Below are positions 1 through 10,680 of a stretch of 64,000 bases of DNA, piece by piece (the stretch's first letter is position 1; every line of letters starts with the position of its first letter). A model generated the notes under the pieces. It made no database searches, was not told the origin of the DNA, and worked only from the letters and a program-made list of their open reading frames with translations. The stretch is from Octopus bimaculoides (taxonomy: Eukaryota), in the NCBI RefSeq assembly GCF_001194135.2, contig NC_068998.1:55419003-55483002 (forward strand), read 5' to 3'. A program made the position numbers and the translations under genes.

Positions 1-250
1 TGGTGGGACTTAACCTCCTTCAACCTTGCTTCTCACATGGTCAGTTGTATGTTGGATGTTCTAGAGTTGGAGATGAAAAGAACCTCTACATTCTCAGTGA
101 TAAACATGGCAAGACAGAAAACATAGTATATGAAGAAGCACTTACATGAATAGTATGTACATGTCATATACAGAAGTGTAAAACCATTGAGTGTTAAAGT
201 AAGTATTACTATTACATTTTCACTTTTCAACTGACATGTGTCAATGTATA

Positions 251-396
251 TCTGTGTATATAACAGTGAAACAATAACGTGGTATATTCGCTGTGTGAAT
301 TTTTTTCATTTAATCCCCATTTTAATTATCGTAAAAGTTTCCAAGTACCAATAAGCAACAATTTCATTCCTGGGCAACGCCGGGTGGCTCTGCTAG
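251..396 (+). mobile_element. Non-autonomous Helitron-like element
   Basis: A|TC 5' end at 250/251, GC-rich hairpin cctgggcaacgccggg about 10 nt before a CTAG|T 3' end (393-397): Helitron termini and A^T target. Confidence 0.6.
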
Positions 397-1268
397 TACC
401 ATATACAACAAAGGTCGACAGTTTTCTCTTTGTTGTGTGTCAGATGATGAAAGATTGAGCCAGAATGGAAAAAGGAGATGTGAAATGATGATCTAAGATG
501 TGATATCTATGGAAGTAATGAAATTACATAATGCTGAAAGTAACAACCAAAGACAATAACGATATCGCTGGTGATTAGGGTTAGGGTCAGGGTCAAATTG
601 AAAACAGCAGCTCAAGTGGTGGTTCTCCTTTTCTGAAATATATTAGTAAACATTAACTAGAGAAATTTTCTATAGAGACATAAACATGTTAAAGATATTT
701 GTTGAAAAATATTTAATGCACATGTTGTAGTTCATCATCATTGTAGTTATTTTGCAATTTCCAAATTGGTATGAATTAAATGTGCCTGGTGTATAGCAGA
801 TTACAAATTGTTATAATCCTTTGTCATCTTAACAAGTGACCTCGCCACTTCTTTCTATGATACATATTGTATAAGTTATTCCTCACTCATTTTTCTCCAA
901 ACTCCAGAGACCAACAAGATTTATTGAATACCTAGATTTTACTCCTATTCTGTATATCCCTACTTACACATACAGCCTCTAAGTTTGGTTGCTATGAAGA
1001 GAGAAAAAATTCAAGGATCATAACGCAAAATATCAGTGTTTTTCACTCCCCAATCAATCCAATTTATTGATTGAATAAAACTTTCCTAGATTTCCTCTCT
1101 CTTACTGTTTTTAATAGAGCCATCTCCAGTAATAACTGAGGTAACAAGTATAATCCATGTGCTGATGCCTCTCAGTAGTTCATGAACTTCTGCTCTAGCT
1201 ATATCAGTACATCTATGAAGAAACCTGGTTCTGCTCAATTTGCCAGAGATTCTAGTTCACTTTTTAAA

Positions 1269-1354
1269 GACCCATTGCCTAGATTCAGTTCATATCTCCT
1301 CCTCCTCCTTTGACCCATTGCCTAGATTCAGTTCATATCTCCTCCTCCTCCTTT
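1269..1354. repeat. 43-bp tandem duplication
   Basis: gacccattgcctagattcagttcatatctcctcctcctcctt starts at 1269 and at 1312. Confidence 0.85.
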
Positions 1355-1588
1355 CCTGTGTAATAGACAAGACTATTCTTCTAATGACATTCGGAGATTA
1401 TACTTTCTAATTGGGGCACCTGCTGAATCACTACCTACAATACTGAATTCTTCATTTGATTTAAAGGTAATCCTAATCTTCTTACAACATCTTAATATTT
1501 TTTCCTGTCTTATCTAGTTCTCGCTCAGCAACTAGTCTGAAACTATTTCGAACAAGCATACTTCTATAGAAATATAATACAGTGTTAC

Positions 1589-1732
1589 CTGGTTTTCCAC
1601 TCTTAGCTCTTTTAATGCTTTATGGCTATCAATGCCATTTAAAATTTCAACAATTGATTCTCCAGAGATGAAATTTGATTCAACATTTAAGATCTGCAAT
1701 GTTTTGTTGTCTTTCAAGGCTTCTCCTAATGC
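1589..1732 (-). CDS. TMOD: Tropomodulin coding exon (ALGEALKDNKTLQILNVESNFISGESIVEILNGIDSHKALKELRVENQ); gene continues past the left edge
   Basis: Acceptor ttttcttttgcag, donor CAG|gtaaca; 144 nt, phase 0/0. Contains the hallmark LNVESNFISG motif; seen in ORF 1532..1738. The next conserved exon was not found in 1-1588. Confidence 0.96.
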
Positions 1733-2180
1733 CTGCAAAAAGAAAATACATAAATTAAGAAAACAGCAGATAATTCTACATCGTGTGTTTATTCTGCAGA
1801 GCTAATAATATATTCTGACATAAAACAATTTACAGCATCAGATTTTTAGAATTAAGTTTAAGGGAGGTAATTCTTTCTTGTGCAGAGATAAAATGATAAT
1901 GAATTGTTTGGAGAACAAAAGAAATTAAATACATTATGGTTTAATTAATGTAAAAAAGTTGAGCTTACTTATAAATCATTTATATCCTATACTAGAAAAA
2001 ATATCAATCTAAAGAAAATTAACACACACTTCTATACATAATGCAATGCTTGGAGTAAGACTTTATAATCCAGAATGTGTGATCTGTTCTTTTGTTATAT
2101 TTGTCATTGCCTTACAAAAGTAAAAAACTGTTCATTTAATATTTGATGAGGAATAATATTGAAAAATAGAGAAATTTCAC

Positions 2181-2288
2181 CTTAGCCACAAAATCTGTAG
2201 CATCCACACTAGCCATCTCAAAAATTTCTAGATGTGTGTTTGTCTTCAGTGTTCCAACTATTTCTATCAATTTTTCTTTTGGAATGCC
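2181..2288 (-). CDS. TMOD: Tropomodulin coding exon (GIPKEKLIEIVGTLKTNTHLEIFEMASVDATDFVAK)
   Basis: Acceptor ttttttccag, donor AAG|gtgaaa; 108 nt, phase 0/0. LRR repeat L..NTHL..F.MA.....D.VA. Confidence 0.94.
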
Positions 2289-2579
2289 CTGGAAAAAATT
2301 TTTTGAAAAGTTTCATGATGAATAGCATGTAATTAAAATACATAATTATTGCTGAAATGAAATTTCTCTTTAATATTGAAAGTAAAATAAACCTACAATA
2401 TTTGAGGTTTCAAAAAAGGCGATGATACAGAATTATTTGGCCAAAAACTTGAATTGGCTTATACAAATAAAATTTATATTTTACAAAACAATTTTTATTA
2501 AGAAATTGAAAGAGAGGACTTATAAATATTAAAAGAAATACACATTGTAAATAAATATTGGTTTATAGAAAATATAGAA

Positions 2580-3796
2580 ATGTGTGTGAACAACCATGCT
2601 ACATGGCAAGTGAAACCTGGGCCGTGACTGCTGAGGACATGCGTAAGCTCGCAAGGAAGTGTAACATCAATGTACATACTTGACAAAGTGTAAGTACCTT
2701 GAGAGAAAAGTTGGACCTAAGAAGCATCAGTTGTGGTGTGCAAGAGAGACGATTGCGCTGGTAAGGACAATTGGCGAGAATGGATGAGGATAGCTGTGTA
2801 AAAAAAGTGCCACAGCCTAGCAGTTGAGGGTACCTGTGGAAGAGGTAGACCTAGGAAGACCTGGGATGAGGTGGTGAAGCACGACCTTCGAACATTAGGC
2901 CTCACCGAGGCAATGACTAGTGACCGAGACCTTTGGAAATATGCTGTGTGTGAGAAGACCCAGGCAAGCCAAGTGAGACCATAATCTGAGGCCTCTGCCA
3001 GGGGTGTAGCCAGCCCACTTATGCGTACCTTTCCGTCTTTGGACACAAAACCCTGCATGCGAAGACCAAGTGAAATTGAAATCGAAATCGAACCAAATTC
3101 AATGACTGGCACTCGTGCCAACCTTCCTTTATTGGACACTAAAATCAGCTTGCAAAAACCTGTTGGGGCAAGTTAGATTGAAACTGAACCAAATTCGATG
3201 ACTGGCAACCGTGCCAGTGGAGTACTAACAGCACCATCCGAGCAGGATCACTGCCAGAGCAGTGGTCTCGCTTCAGTGCCGGTGGCACATAAAAACCACC
3301 ATTTGAGCGCGATTGTTTCCAGCTTCACCTTACTGGTACTCGTGCCAGTGGCATGTGAACAAAACATTGGACTGACTCCTGTGCAGGTGGTACGTAAAAA
3401 CCACCATCTGAGTGTGGCCGTTGCCAGTACCGCCTGTGGCACATAAATAGCACCCACTACACTCTTGGAGTGGTTGGTGTTAGGAAGGGCATCCAGCTGT
3501 AGAAACTCTGCCAGATCAGATTGGAGCCTGGTGTAGCCACCTGGTTCGCTAGTCCCCAGTCAAATCGTCCAACCCATGCTAGCATCTGAGTGTGGCCGTT
3601 GCCAGTACCGCTTGTGGCACATAAAAAGCACCCACTACACTCTTGGAGTGGTTGGTGTTAGGAAGGGCATCCAGCTGTAGAAACTCTGCCAGATCAGATT
3701 GGAGCCTGGTGTAGCCACCTGGTTCGCTAGTCCCCAGTCAAATCGTCCAACCCATGCTAGCATGGAAAGCGGACGTTAAATGATGACGATGATGAT
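2580..3796 (+). mobile_element. 5'-truncated RTE-X-like LINE 3' end with long 3' UTR and (GAT)n tail
   Basis: Degenerate RT C-terminus (MLHGSETWA…RLRW.G…RM.EDSCVKKC…GRGRP.KTW), tail …ggaaagcggacgttaaatgatgacgatgatgat; many related copies in the window. Confidence 0.85.
3405..3760 (+). repeat. Two-copy 178-bp tandem duplication within the LINE 3' UTR
   Basis: Units 3405-3582 and 3583-3760 differ at only two positions by eye; CAT microhomology at the junction. Confidence 0.9.
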
Positions 3797-3802
3797 CCTT
3801 AC

Positions 3803-3933
3803 CTTAATGTTGTTAAGATTAAGATGCTTCAATTTTGGATCATTATCCTTCAGTCTTTTTAAACTTTCCTCATAGTTAGTCGTATTAGGAGCCAGTTCTT
3901 CGAAAACTCTTAGATCCTCAGCTTTGGCAACAC
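3803..3933 (-). CDS. TMOD: Tropomodulin coding exon (G-VAKAEDLRVFEELAPNTTNYEESLKRLKDNDPKLKHLNLNNIK)
   Basis: Acceptor tcttttttaattaag, donor AAG|gtaagg; 131 nt, phase 1 to 0. Start of the LRR domain (PN.T..EE.L......DP.L...NLNNIK). Confidence 0.96.
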
Positions 3934-4562
3934 CTTAATTAAAAAAGAGAAAAAGATGATAAATCAACATAAACATTACAATTTTGTTATCTAATTGTAC
4001 ACAAGAACAACTTTATATGAAACTTAGAAACATTGAAATTGATTTGTTTAAAAATTTAGAAATGCAATGTTTAGATTAGAAAAATGTTAAAAAGGACTCA
4101 TAAAAAGACACCCAACTAGATTACATTTAATAGTAACCTTCAGTAGTATGTCATTTTCTCATTGTATGTGCTATAACAAAGTAATTGATTAAATAGTTTG
4201 TATGGATATCATTCATAATATATGGACATGAAATAAATTCCAAAGCAAAAGATATTATTAATCAATTATGACAAAGGTAGACAGGCTAACATTATTTTGC
4301 AAAGGTGGATATATACTTGATCTAATCAACCCATTACTTAACTGATATATATTTTATTGATCTTGGAAAGAGAAAAGTGACTTCAGCAGGTTTTTAACTC
4401 AAACGTAAATGTGCAGAACTAAATACTGCAACAATTTTACTCTGTCAACCTAATATTTCAGGCCGTTACTATTAATAATACAACTGAAGTCCATATTGGA
4501 AAGAGACTGGTGTTATAGTAGAAATATGAAAATGTTATCCAAAATAAACTCCTCTCTATACT

Positions 4563-4600
<38 letters not shown>

Positions 4601-5257
4601 CATATTATGTGACTGGGCAGTCAATGGTTATCAGTCTTGAAGACAAGAAGGCCTTCTCCACTTTGATGAATAAGATGACCTTAACTTAAAACAATTAACA
4701 GAACTATTTTCATATCAGTTACATTGAACACTCAGTTATGTATAATTATTTCTTTATTGAAGTATTTTCTTTTTCTGAATTGTTTTTGTGAATTATTTTC
4801 TTCATAACAAATGGTGTCCTTAATAGGATGTAAATTGGTGTTGAATGATCCTGACTTTGTTGAAACATGGAAAAGATGTTTATAGCCAAAGCAGAAACAA
4901 AGAAATTGAGAGAGAGTGATAAATGTGGTGGTCTGAAAGACACCATGGATTTATTTATATCAGAGGCCATTAATGAGGCTATTCCAAAGCTGTCACCAAC
5001 CGTTTAATCAAAGCAACTGCAGAAAGGGGGACGAAAAGGAAACGAAAGAGAGCATGAATAATGTGACATCTACAAAAAAATCTGATAACTTCTGAATAAA
5101 CCAGGATTATATCTGCATCAGAAATCAACTGAACCCAGATTAAAATGTTTGCATTCACATCTACAAGTACAGGCTGTGTAGTTAACAAGTTCACTTGTTA
5201 ACCATGTGACTTAGTACCACTTTGTGACACCTTAAACTGAAAGAAACCTGTTATGCA

Positions 5258-5292
<35 letters not shown>

Positions 5293-5948
5293 AAGAGACT
5301 GAGACTGTCACAGTGCATGAACGTTTGCAATCTACACTGAACAATGGCTTAAAGATGGTAACACCTTCATTTGAAGTTGGACTGCAATCAATGATGTTTG
5401 TTGACATTTCCTGTCAATTAAATATCTGCTAGCTCTGCATTCTTGAATTCCTCTGGAATCAAAAATCCCTTATTTGAAAAACAAGCAAAGAAGAGCATCT
5501 GGTTGTAAAAATCAAGCCACAAATATTTGCCTTTTCTAAGCCATATTAGTATGGGAAACAGCCATTAAAAGAACAAACTTTATGTTTTGATATTGTAATT
5601 TCAATACACTTGGTTGATGTGAAAGGAGCACTGAAGAAGAATTAACACGAATAAGACTCATTAAATTAAAGGCATCTCATAGACCAAGGATACTGGAACA
5701 ACTGTTGTTGGGAAATATGTCATTCAATGCAGATGTAAACTTCACACAATAAGAGAGGATATTGTGCTTCAACAGTCACCATTTCTCATGAAGTATGTCT
5801 ATCAATTAACCAATTTGTAACCAAGTTTCCAAATGGAAATGTTCTGTATTCAGAAATATATTTAAAAAAACAAAATAAAAAAATGTTGAAAGTGGGAAAC
5901 TGTATTATTTAAAAGAGATGCCAAGTATGTGAAAACATTGTCACTTAC

Positions 5949-6032
5949 CAGCAAATCCACCAACAATTTCCTTGTCTTCTATGGATGCATTATACTGAAC
6001 TTGATTCAACATTCCATGGAATCCAAGGACAG
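5949..6032 (-). CDS. TMOD: Tropomodulin coding exon (A-VLGFHGMLNQVQYNASIEDKEIVGGFA-G)
   Basis: Acceptor aattacag, donor G|gtaagt; 84 nt, phase 1/1. Matches the conserved LG.H.M.NQ.QY motif. Confidence 0.94.
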
Positions 6033-6196
6033 CTGTAATTCATTACAGAAATTTAATACAATATTAGTATGAATTTAAATTTATAGAATTGAATCTTTTA
6101 TTACTGTAACATAACTATTTAAATCATTTGAAAAGAAAAAGAAATATCAAATCATCTAATAATATAATGCAAACCATACATAAGTGGATGCCTTAC

Positions 6197-6316
6197 CTGC
6201 TAAATCTACCAGCTCTTCTTCAGTAGCTTTAGACAAAATGTCATCCCATTCAGTCTGAACTTCCTCATCTACAATATTTTCAATCTTGGGTGGCTCCTTA
6301 GGAACATAGATTTTAC
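6197..6316 (-). CDS. TMOD: Tropomodulin coding exon (G-KIYVPKEPPKIENIVDEEVQTEWDDILSKATEEELVDLA-A)
   Basis: Acceptor tctttaacag, donor G|gtaagg; 120 nt, phase 1/1. Contains the second tropomyosin-binding motif L..A.E.EL.DLAA; partly visible in ORF 6156..6383. Confidence 0.96.
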
Positions 6317-6734
6317 CTGTTAAAGAAAATGAGATGAAAGAGCATTCATAAATGTTTTCTAAATGAGAAAAACTCCTGAGCAAATGTGGAAATATAACAA
6401 CATATCCTGCAGCTCAACATGCACAGCTAAGCTTTTCATAATTAACATGTAAGGCATTAAATTTCGTTTAATAAGTTGACATGGACTTACTCCATCCTGG
6501 ACATCAAATAAGTTAATTTTTACCCCCTTCTGCATCTTTTCATAATTCTTTTATCATTGATAAGTGCAGCGGTTTTATACATTTATTTTAAGCATTAGAA
6601 GTTCTAACTATTCAACAGCAAGCACTGCTGGCTGTAATTCCACATTATATTTCATCATTTCAAGCGATTAACTGTCAACAGCCCATAAACAAAAAAAGAA
6701 AACGTTGATTGCTTCGTGACAAATCTCTCCAAAC

Positions 6735-6891
6735 CTTTTTTCTCTCCAGTGTAGGGCTTTGCCTCTTCCCAGTCCTTCTCCTCTTTGGCTTTCTTTTCAA
6801 GGAATGCTAATAATTTCTTTCTGTTCAGAGGTCCAGTAGGAAGCTTTGATGTTTGATCTCTGCACCTCTGGGATGGTGGGAGTAAAGAATT
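6735..6891 (-). CDS. TMOD: Tropomodulin coding exon (NSLLPPSQRCRDQTSKLPTGPLNRKKLLAFLEKKAKEEKDWEEAKPYTGEKK-G)
   Basis: Acceptor ttctag, donor G|gtttgg; 157 nt, phase 0 to 1. Matches the conserved LLP..R..DQT.K.PTG...R..LL..LEK.A...D.E...P.TGEK.G block. Confidence 0.96.
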
Positions 6892-8718
6892 CTAGAATAT
6901 CAAAAGAAATTAACATAAAGAGAGTTCAATGACATTATTGTAATTAAAAGTAACTTGTAATACTTAATCTCGCATTAGTCGAACCAAAAGCAAATTTTAA
7001 ACAAAAAACTTTAAATTTTCATTAAATCTTTAGTTTAAAAAATGTTCTTGCAGACCAAATAATTGGTAATAGTAGATATGGAAAATTTTGGAGTTCAACA
7101 TGTGTAGAATTCTTTTTTTAATGAATATTTTGAGATGAGTAATAAGTTAGTACAAAAAATTTTTTTTTCTTAAGTATATAACACAAAGCCTACAACAAAC
7201 AGCTTTGCATTTCTGATCAACGAACCAATAGCCTAACTATTCAGATGTATTAAAACAATACCAGCCCTAATATACTATTATTAATTTATTTGAATGGTAG
7301 GGATTGGATTGGTATCATCATCATTTAATATCTGCTCCTTTCCCGAAGATTCATTACATTGAAAAACTCCTCCGGGTTGTTTATTTGCATATTTTCCAGT
7401 GGAGAAATGAAAACACTTTGGAATTGTTTATTTAGCACTTCACTTATCTACCCTGGGGCTGCAGTTAGTGAGCCGTTTTTACTAAATAGTGGTTAATAAC
7501 AAATGAAAGACAGAAGATGGAATATACAAGAATATATTATTAATCACGACAATTGTTTCGACACATCTAGCATTGATTCCTCTTGTGGTACACTCGACAA
7601 CTAGTTCAGGAGTATCCAGTGGTGCAGATGTATCTTGTTGGGTGATAAATAAATAAAAAACAACTCATTACAATGACTGTTCCACAATGTAACTTTCTGT
7701 AGAGAGAAAAACAGCCAGACAGAGGCAAAATCTTCATATATATATAGAAGATCAAAAATAAAATTGCAGAAGACAAAAAGAGAAACAAACGCATAATCCA
7801 GTGAGAAAAGTATTGAAAATAACCGTTAACAGATATGGCTGTATAAATGCCTTTGGGCAAGCTGCATGGCATGAGTACACACGCTCATACAAGCATCCGC
7901 AAAAAGTGTTGGTTTGTTTATATATATAAGTAACTAAGTGGTTCAACAAAAGAGCTTGATAGAATAACTATCACACTTAAAATAAGTATTGGAGTCAATT
8001 TGATCAACTAGCTCTATAATGGCTGCAGTCCAATAATTGAAACAAGTAAAAGAAGAGAAGAGTATGTATTCTATTCTTTAACAAAAAGTTTGTCAACTAA
8101 CTTTGTATCTCATACCCATAGACCAATCAAGATTCTGTAATAAGCAGTCTTGTAGACAAAGCTGTCACATTTACTCTCCATTTTCTTCTAAACTTCATTC
8201 TTCACTTAAACCTCCAGCTATATTCCCAATTTTTAACCAATTTTTCTCAAAATTCCTTTCAAACAGCCTACAAACCTAGCAACATTATTTTGGTTACTAG
8301 AGTTCTAAGTGTAAGGCTTTAGTAACTAAAAAGTAATGCTAGATTTCTAAAGTAGTCTCTGACCTCATCAAATGTTTTTAACAATGAGTACTGATCGTTG
8401 AGACAGGAAAACATAGAATTAAGGTCTTAGTTCTATGGAAAGATAGAACTAAGAATAAAAGGTTACATCCCTGACCGACTGACTGCCAACTGAGCAATTT
8501 CACCAGAAAAATATATTCAATGATGAGAGACAATCACAAACAATCATCTCATTTTATCTCCTTCAATCTCTTTCCCTTCTCAACCAGTTCAGATCCACTG
8601 CAAAACCTATAAAATATCGTTCACTGGTAAGCATCTGTAAATCTCAAGTTCTGCCTAATACTTGATACATTTACGTTAGGCGTACAACATGCAGTCTGTT
8701 ACTCCTTGCCACCTCTTG

Positions 8719-8898
8719 CCACACACACACACAGAGACTGATGACACTAGGCTACATTCCACCTTCATCTTCCACACACACACACACAGACTGATGACAC
8801 TATGCTACATTCCACCTTCATCTTCCACACACACACACACAGAATGATGACACTATGCTACATTCCACCTTCATCTTCCACACACACACACACACAAT
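8719..8898. repeat. Three-copy ~49-bp minisatellite containing a (CA)n tract
   Basis: Unit ccacacacacacaga(c/a)tgatgacacta(g/t)gctacattccaccttcatctt repeated three times. Confidence 0.9.
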
Positions 8899-9914
8899 TT
8901 GTTCATACACATATACAATCAAAGACCTTAAAATATCCTGTTATAGGGATCCACCAGTTTAGACTCAATAGCAAAGCAATACAGGTGTTATCATCTCAAG
9001 AAAAGAAAACAAACCAACAACACTGCAGTCATCTCTTCATCATATTGCTGCTAAATTTACATCTTACAATTCTACATTTCATACATCTTCTATGTTGCCA
9101 AGCCTGCAGCACAAAATATTTTTGTGATGCAGGCTTTCTCTTCAAAACTAAAAATTATTTCAAGTCTAAGAAATTGTTGAAAGTATGAATAGACCCTATC
9201 CTAGTTTTGGATGAGTAAACGAGAGCTTTGAAGCAGAAATTGCATTTGATTCTTATCTTTAGCAAAAGTCAAATGTCAATTTTCACCCTAGCAATTTTAA
9301 ATGGAGAGGGATACATTTGATTATGTAATTCCTGATAAACAAACAAAACATGAAGTTACAGCTGGAACAGTTTTGCTCATGGATCTGCTCAGTCAGGGAT
9401 GTGTTGAGGCCAAGAAACAATAACACTAAAGCATATTCAAATCTAAGATGGTAATTCCATAACACATAAAAAAAAAGCTGGTTATACTTCCAAAAAGTAA
9501 GTTATTCACGAACACCAACTGATCAGTTGCAACCTCCCAATCTTTCCCTTTAAAAATGTTGAACATATACATTGAAACCTTATCTAAACCTACCCAATTC
9601 AACTGTAAAGATTCTGCAGGTCTCATACACTTGTAACATTTTCAGAATTCATTTACTCGATTCTTCTGAACTTCCTTTGCTTTCCCTCTGAAGAAAAATC
9701 TAACTGAATATTAACCACAGGAATCATTGTAAACCTATCTCCACTCTATGAAAGGTTGAATAGGTAATAACTACAGCCTTTCTTCTTCTTCTCAAAAGGA
9801 AACAGAAAGTAATGTGAATAAATACAAAAGGAATAAAGTGTTGCAAACTTTTGGCAAGAATCAGTAATTTTGAATATTTAGTGAAAAGCTAAATTAGAAG
9901 AGAAAACTACTTAC

Positions 9915-10061
9915 ATCTGGATCAAAATCTCCATTAAGTTCCTCAACTTCTTCTGCACTAAGTGTCTTCAGAAGTTCATCTAACCGATCCCAGTCAAAGT
10001 CATCCTTGTCATCCTTTGAAGCAAGAGAATTATACATGTCGGCTGCTTTTGTTGCTGCAAC
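9915..10061 (-). CDS. TMOD: Tropomodulin, first common coding exon (VAATKAAD-MYNSLASKDDKDDFDWDRLDELLKTLSAEEVEELNGDFDPD); ATG at 10037
   Basis: Acceptor ttgtttcag, donor GAT|gtaagt; 147 nt, phase 0/0. Translation matches the Tmod N-terminal motif D-E-L-L-x-x-L-S-x-E-E-x-x-x-L...D-P-D. Confidence 0.95.
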
Positions 10062-10092
10062 CTGAAACAAAACAACGGTAACAATGACAACA

Positions 10093-10322
10093 ACAATAGT
10101 AATAATAAGCCTTCTACTCTGGGCACAAGGCCCAAAATTTTAGGTGAGGAGGACAGTCAATCACATCGATCCCGGTACTCTACTGGTACTTATTTTTATC
10201 AACTCCAAAAGGGTGAAAGGCAAAGTCAATCACATTGGCATTTTAACTCAGAACATAAAGACAGACAAAATACTGCCAAGGGTTTTGTCTGGCATGCTGA
10301 GGATTCTGCCAGCTCACTCCCT
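10093..10322 (-). mobile_element. tRNA-type SINE, family A (head …gagctggcagaatc…, tail …ggccttgtgcc…(tta)n)
   Basis: Related copies at about 4255-4450, 25730-25935, 27715-27830, 41990-42110 and 44680-44770; B-box-like gttctgagtt(c/a)aa. Confidence 0.7.
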
Positions 10323-10351
10323 TAACAACAACAACAACAACAACAACAACA

Positions 10352-10680
10352 ATATATTAGTGAAGCAAGGATAGCATTAATGATTGTGGAAGACAGAAAG
10401 AACAAGCAGTGTAAGATTATTGACTTTGCAATCACTTTCAAGAGCAGCATGAACATCAAGGAAAGTGAGAAAATGAGAACCTTGCCAGAAGGATAGAATA
10501 CAAGGATGAAAATTGTTCCTGTGGCAATTGAAGCACTTGGCACCAATGCCCAAAATGTGTTGAGAGGTTGGAAGATACTGGAAGTAAGACCCATAATATC
10601 AACTTGCAGGAAAGTGCTACCCTACACTAAGGTTCTTGACATTTGAGAAGGCTTATCACCAAACCTCATGATAATATCTC
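10352..10680 (+). mobile_element. R4/Dong-like LINE 3' fragment (restriction-like endonuclease)
   Basis: Frames read IVEDRKNKQCKIIDFAITFKSSMNIKESEKM and MKIVPVAIEALGT, matching RLE-domain motifs; flanked by (AAC)n and (AAT)n-like tracts. Confidence 0.7.

Noticed and set aside
1-62. Possible terminal Tmod exon (NIQHTTDHVRSKVEGG*)
   Set aside because: No similarity to the conserved Tmod C-terminal LRR/helix exon that should come next.
576-594. TTAGGG/TCAGGG run
   Set aside because: Too short and imperfect; probably part of a dispersed repeat.
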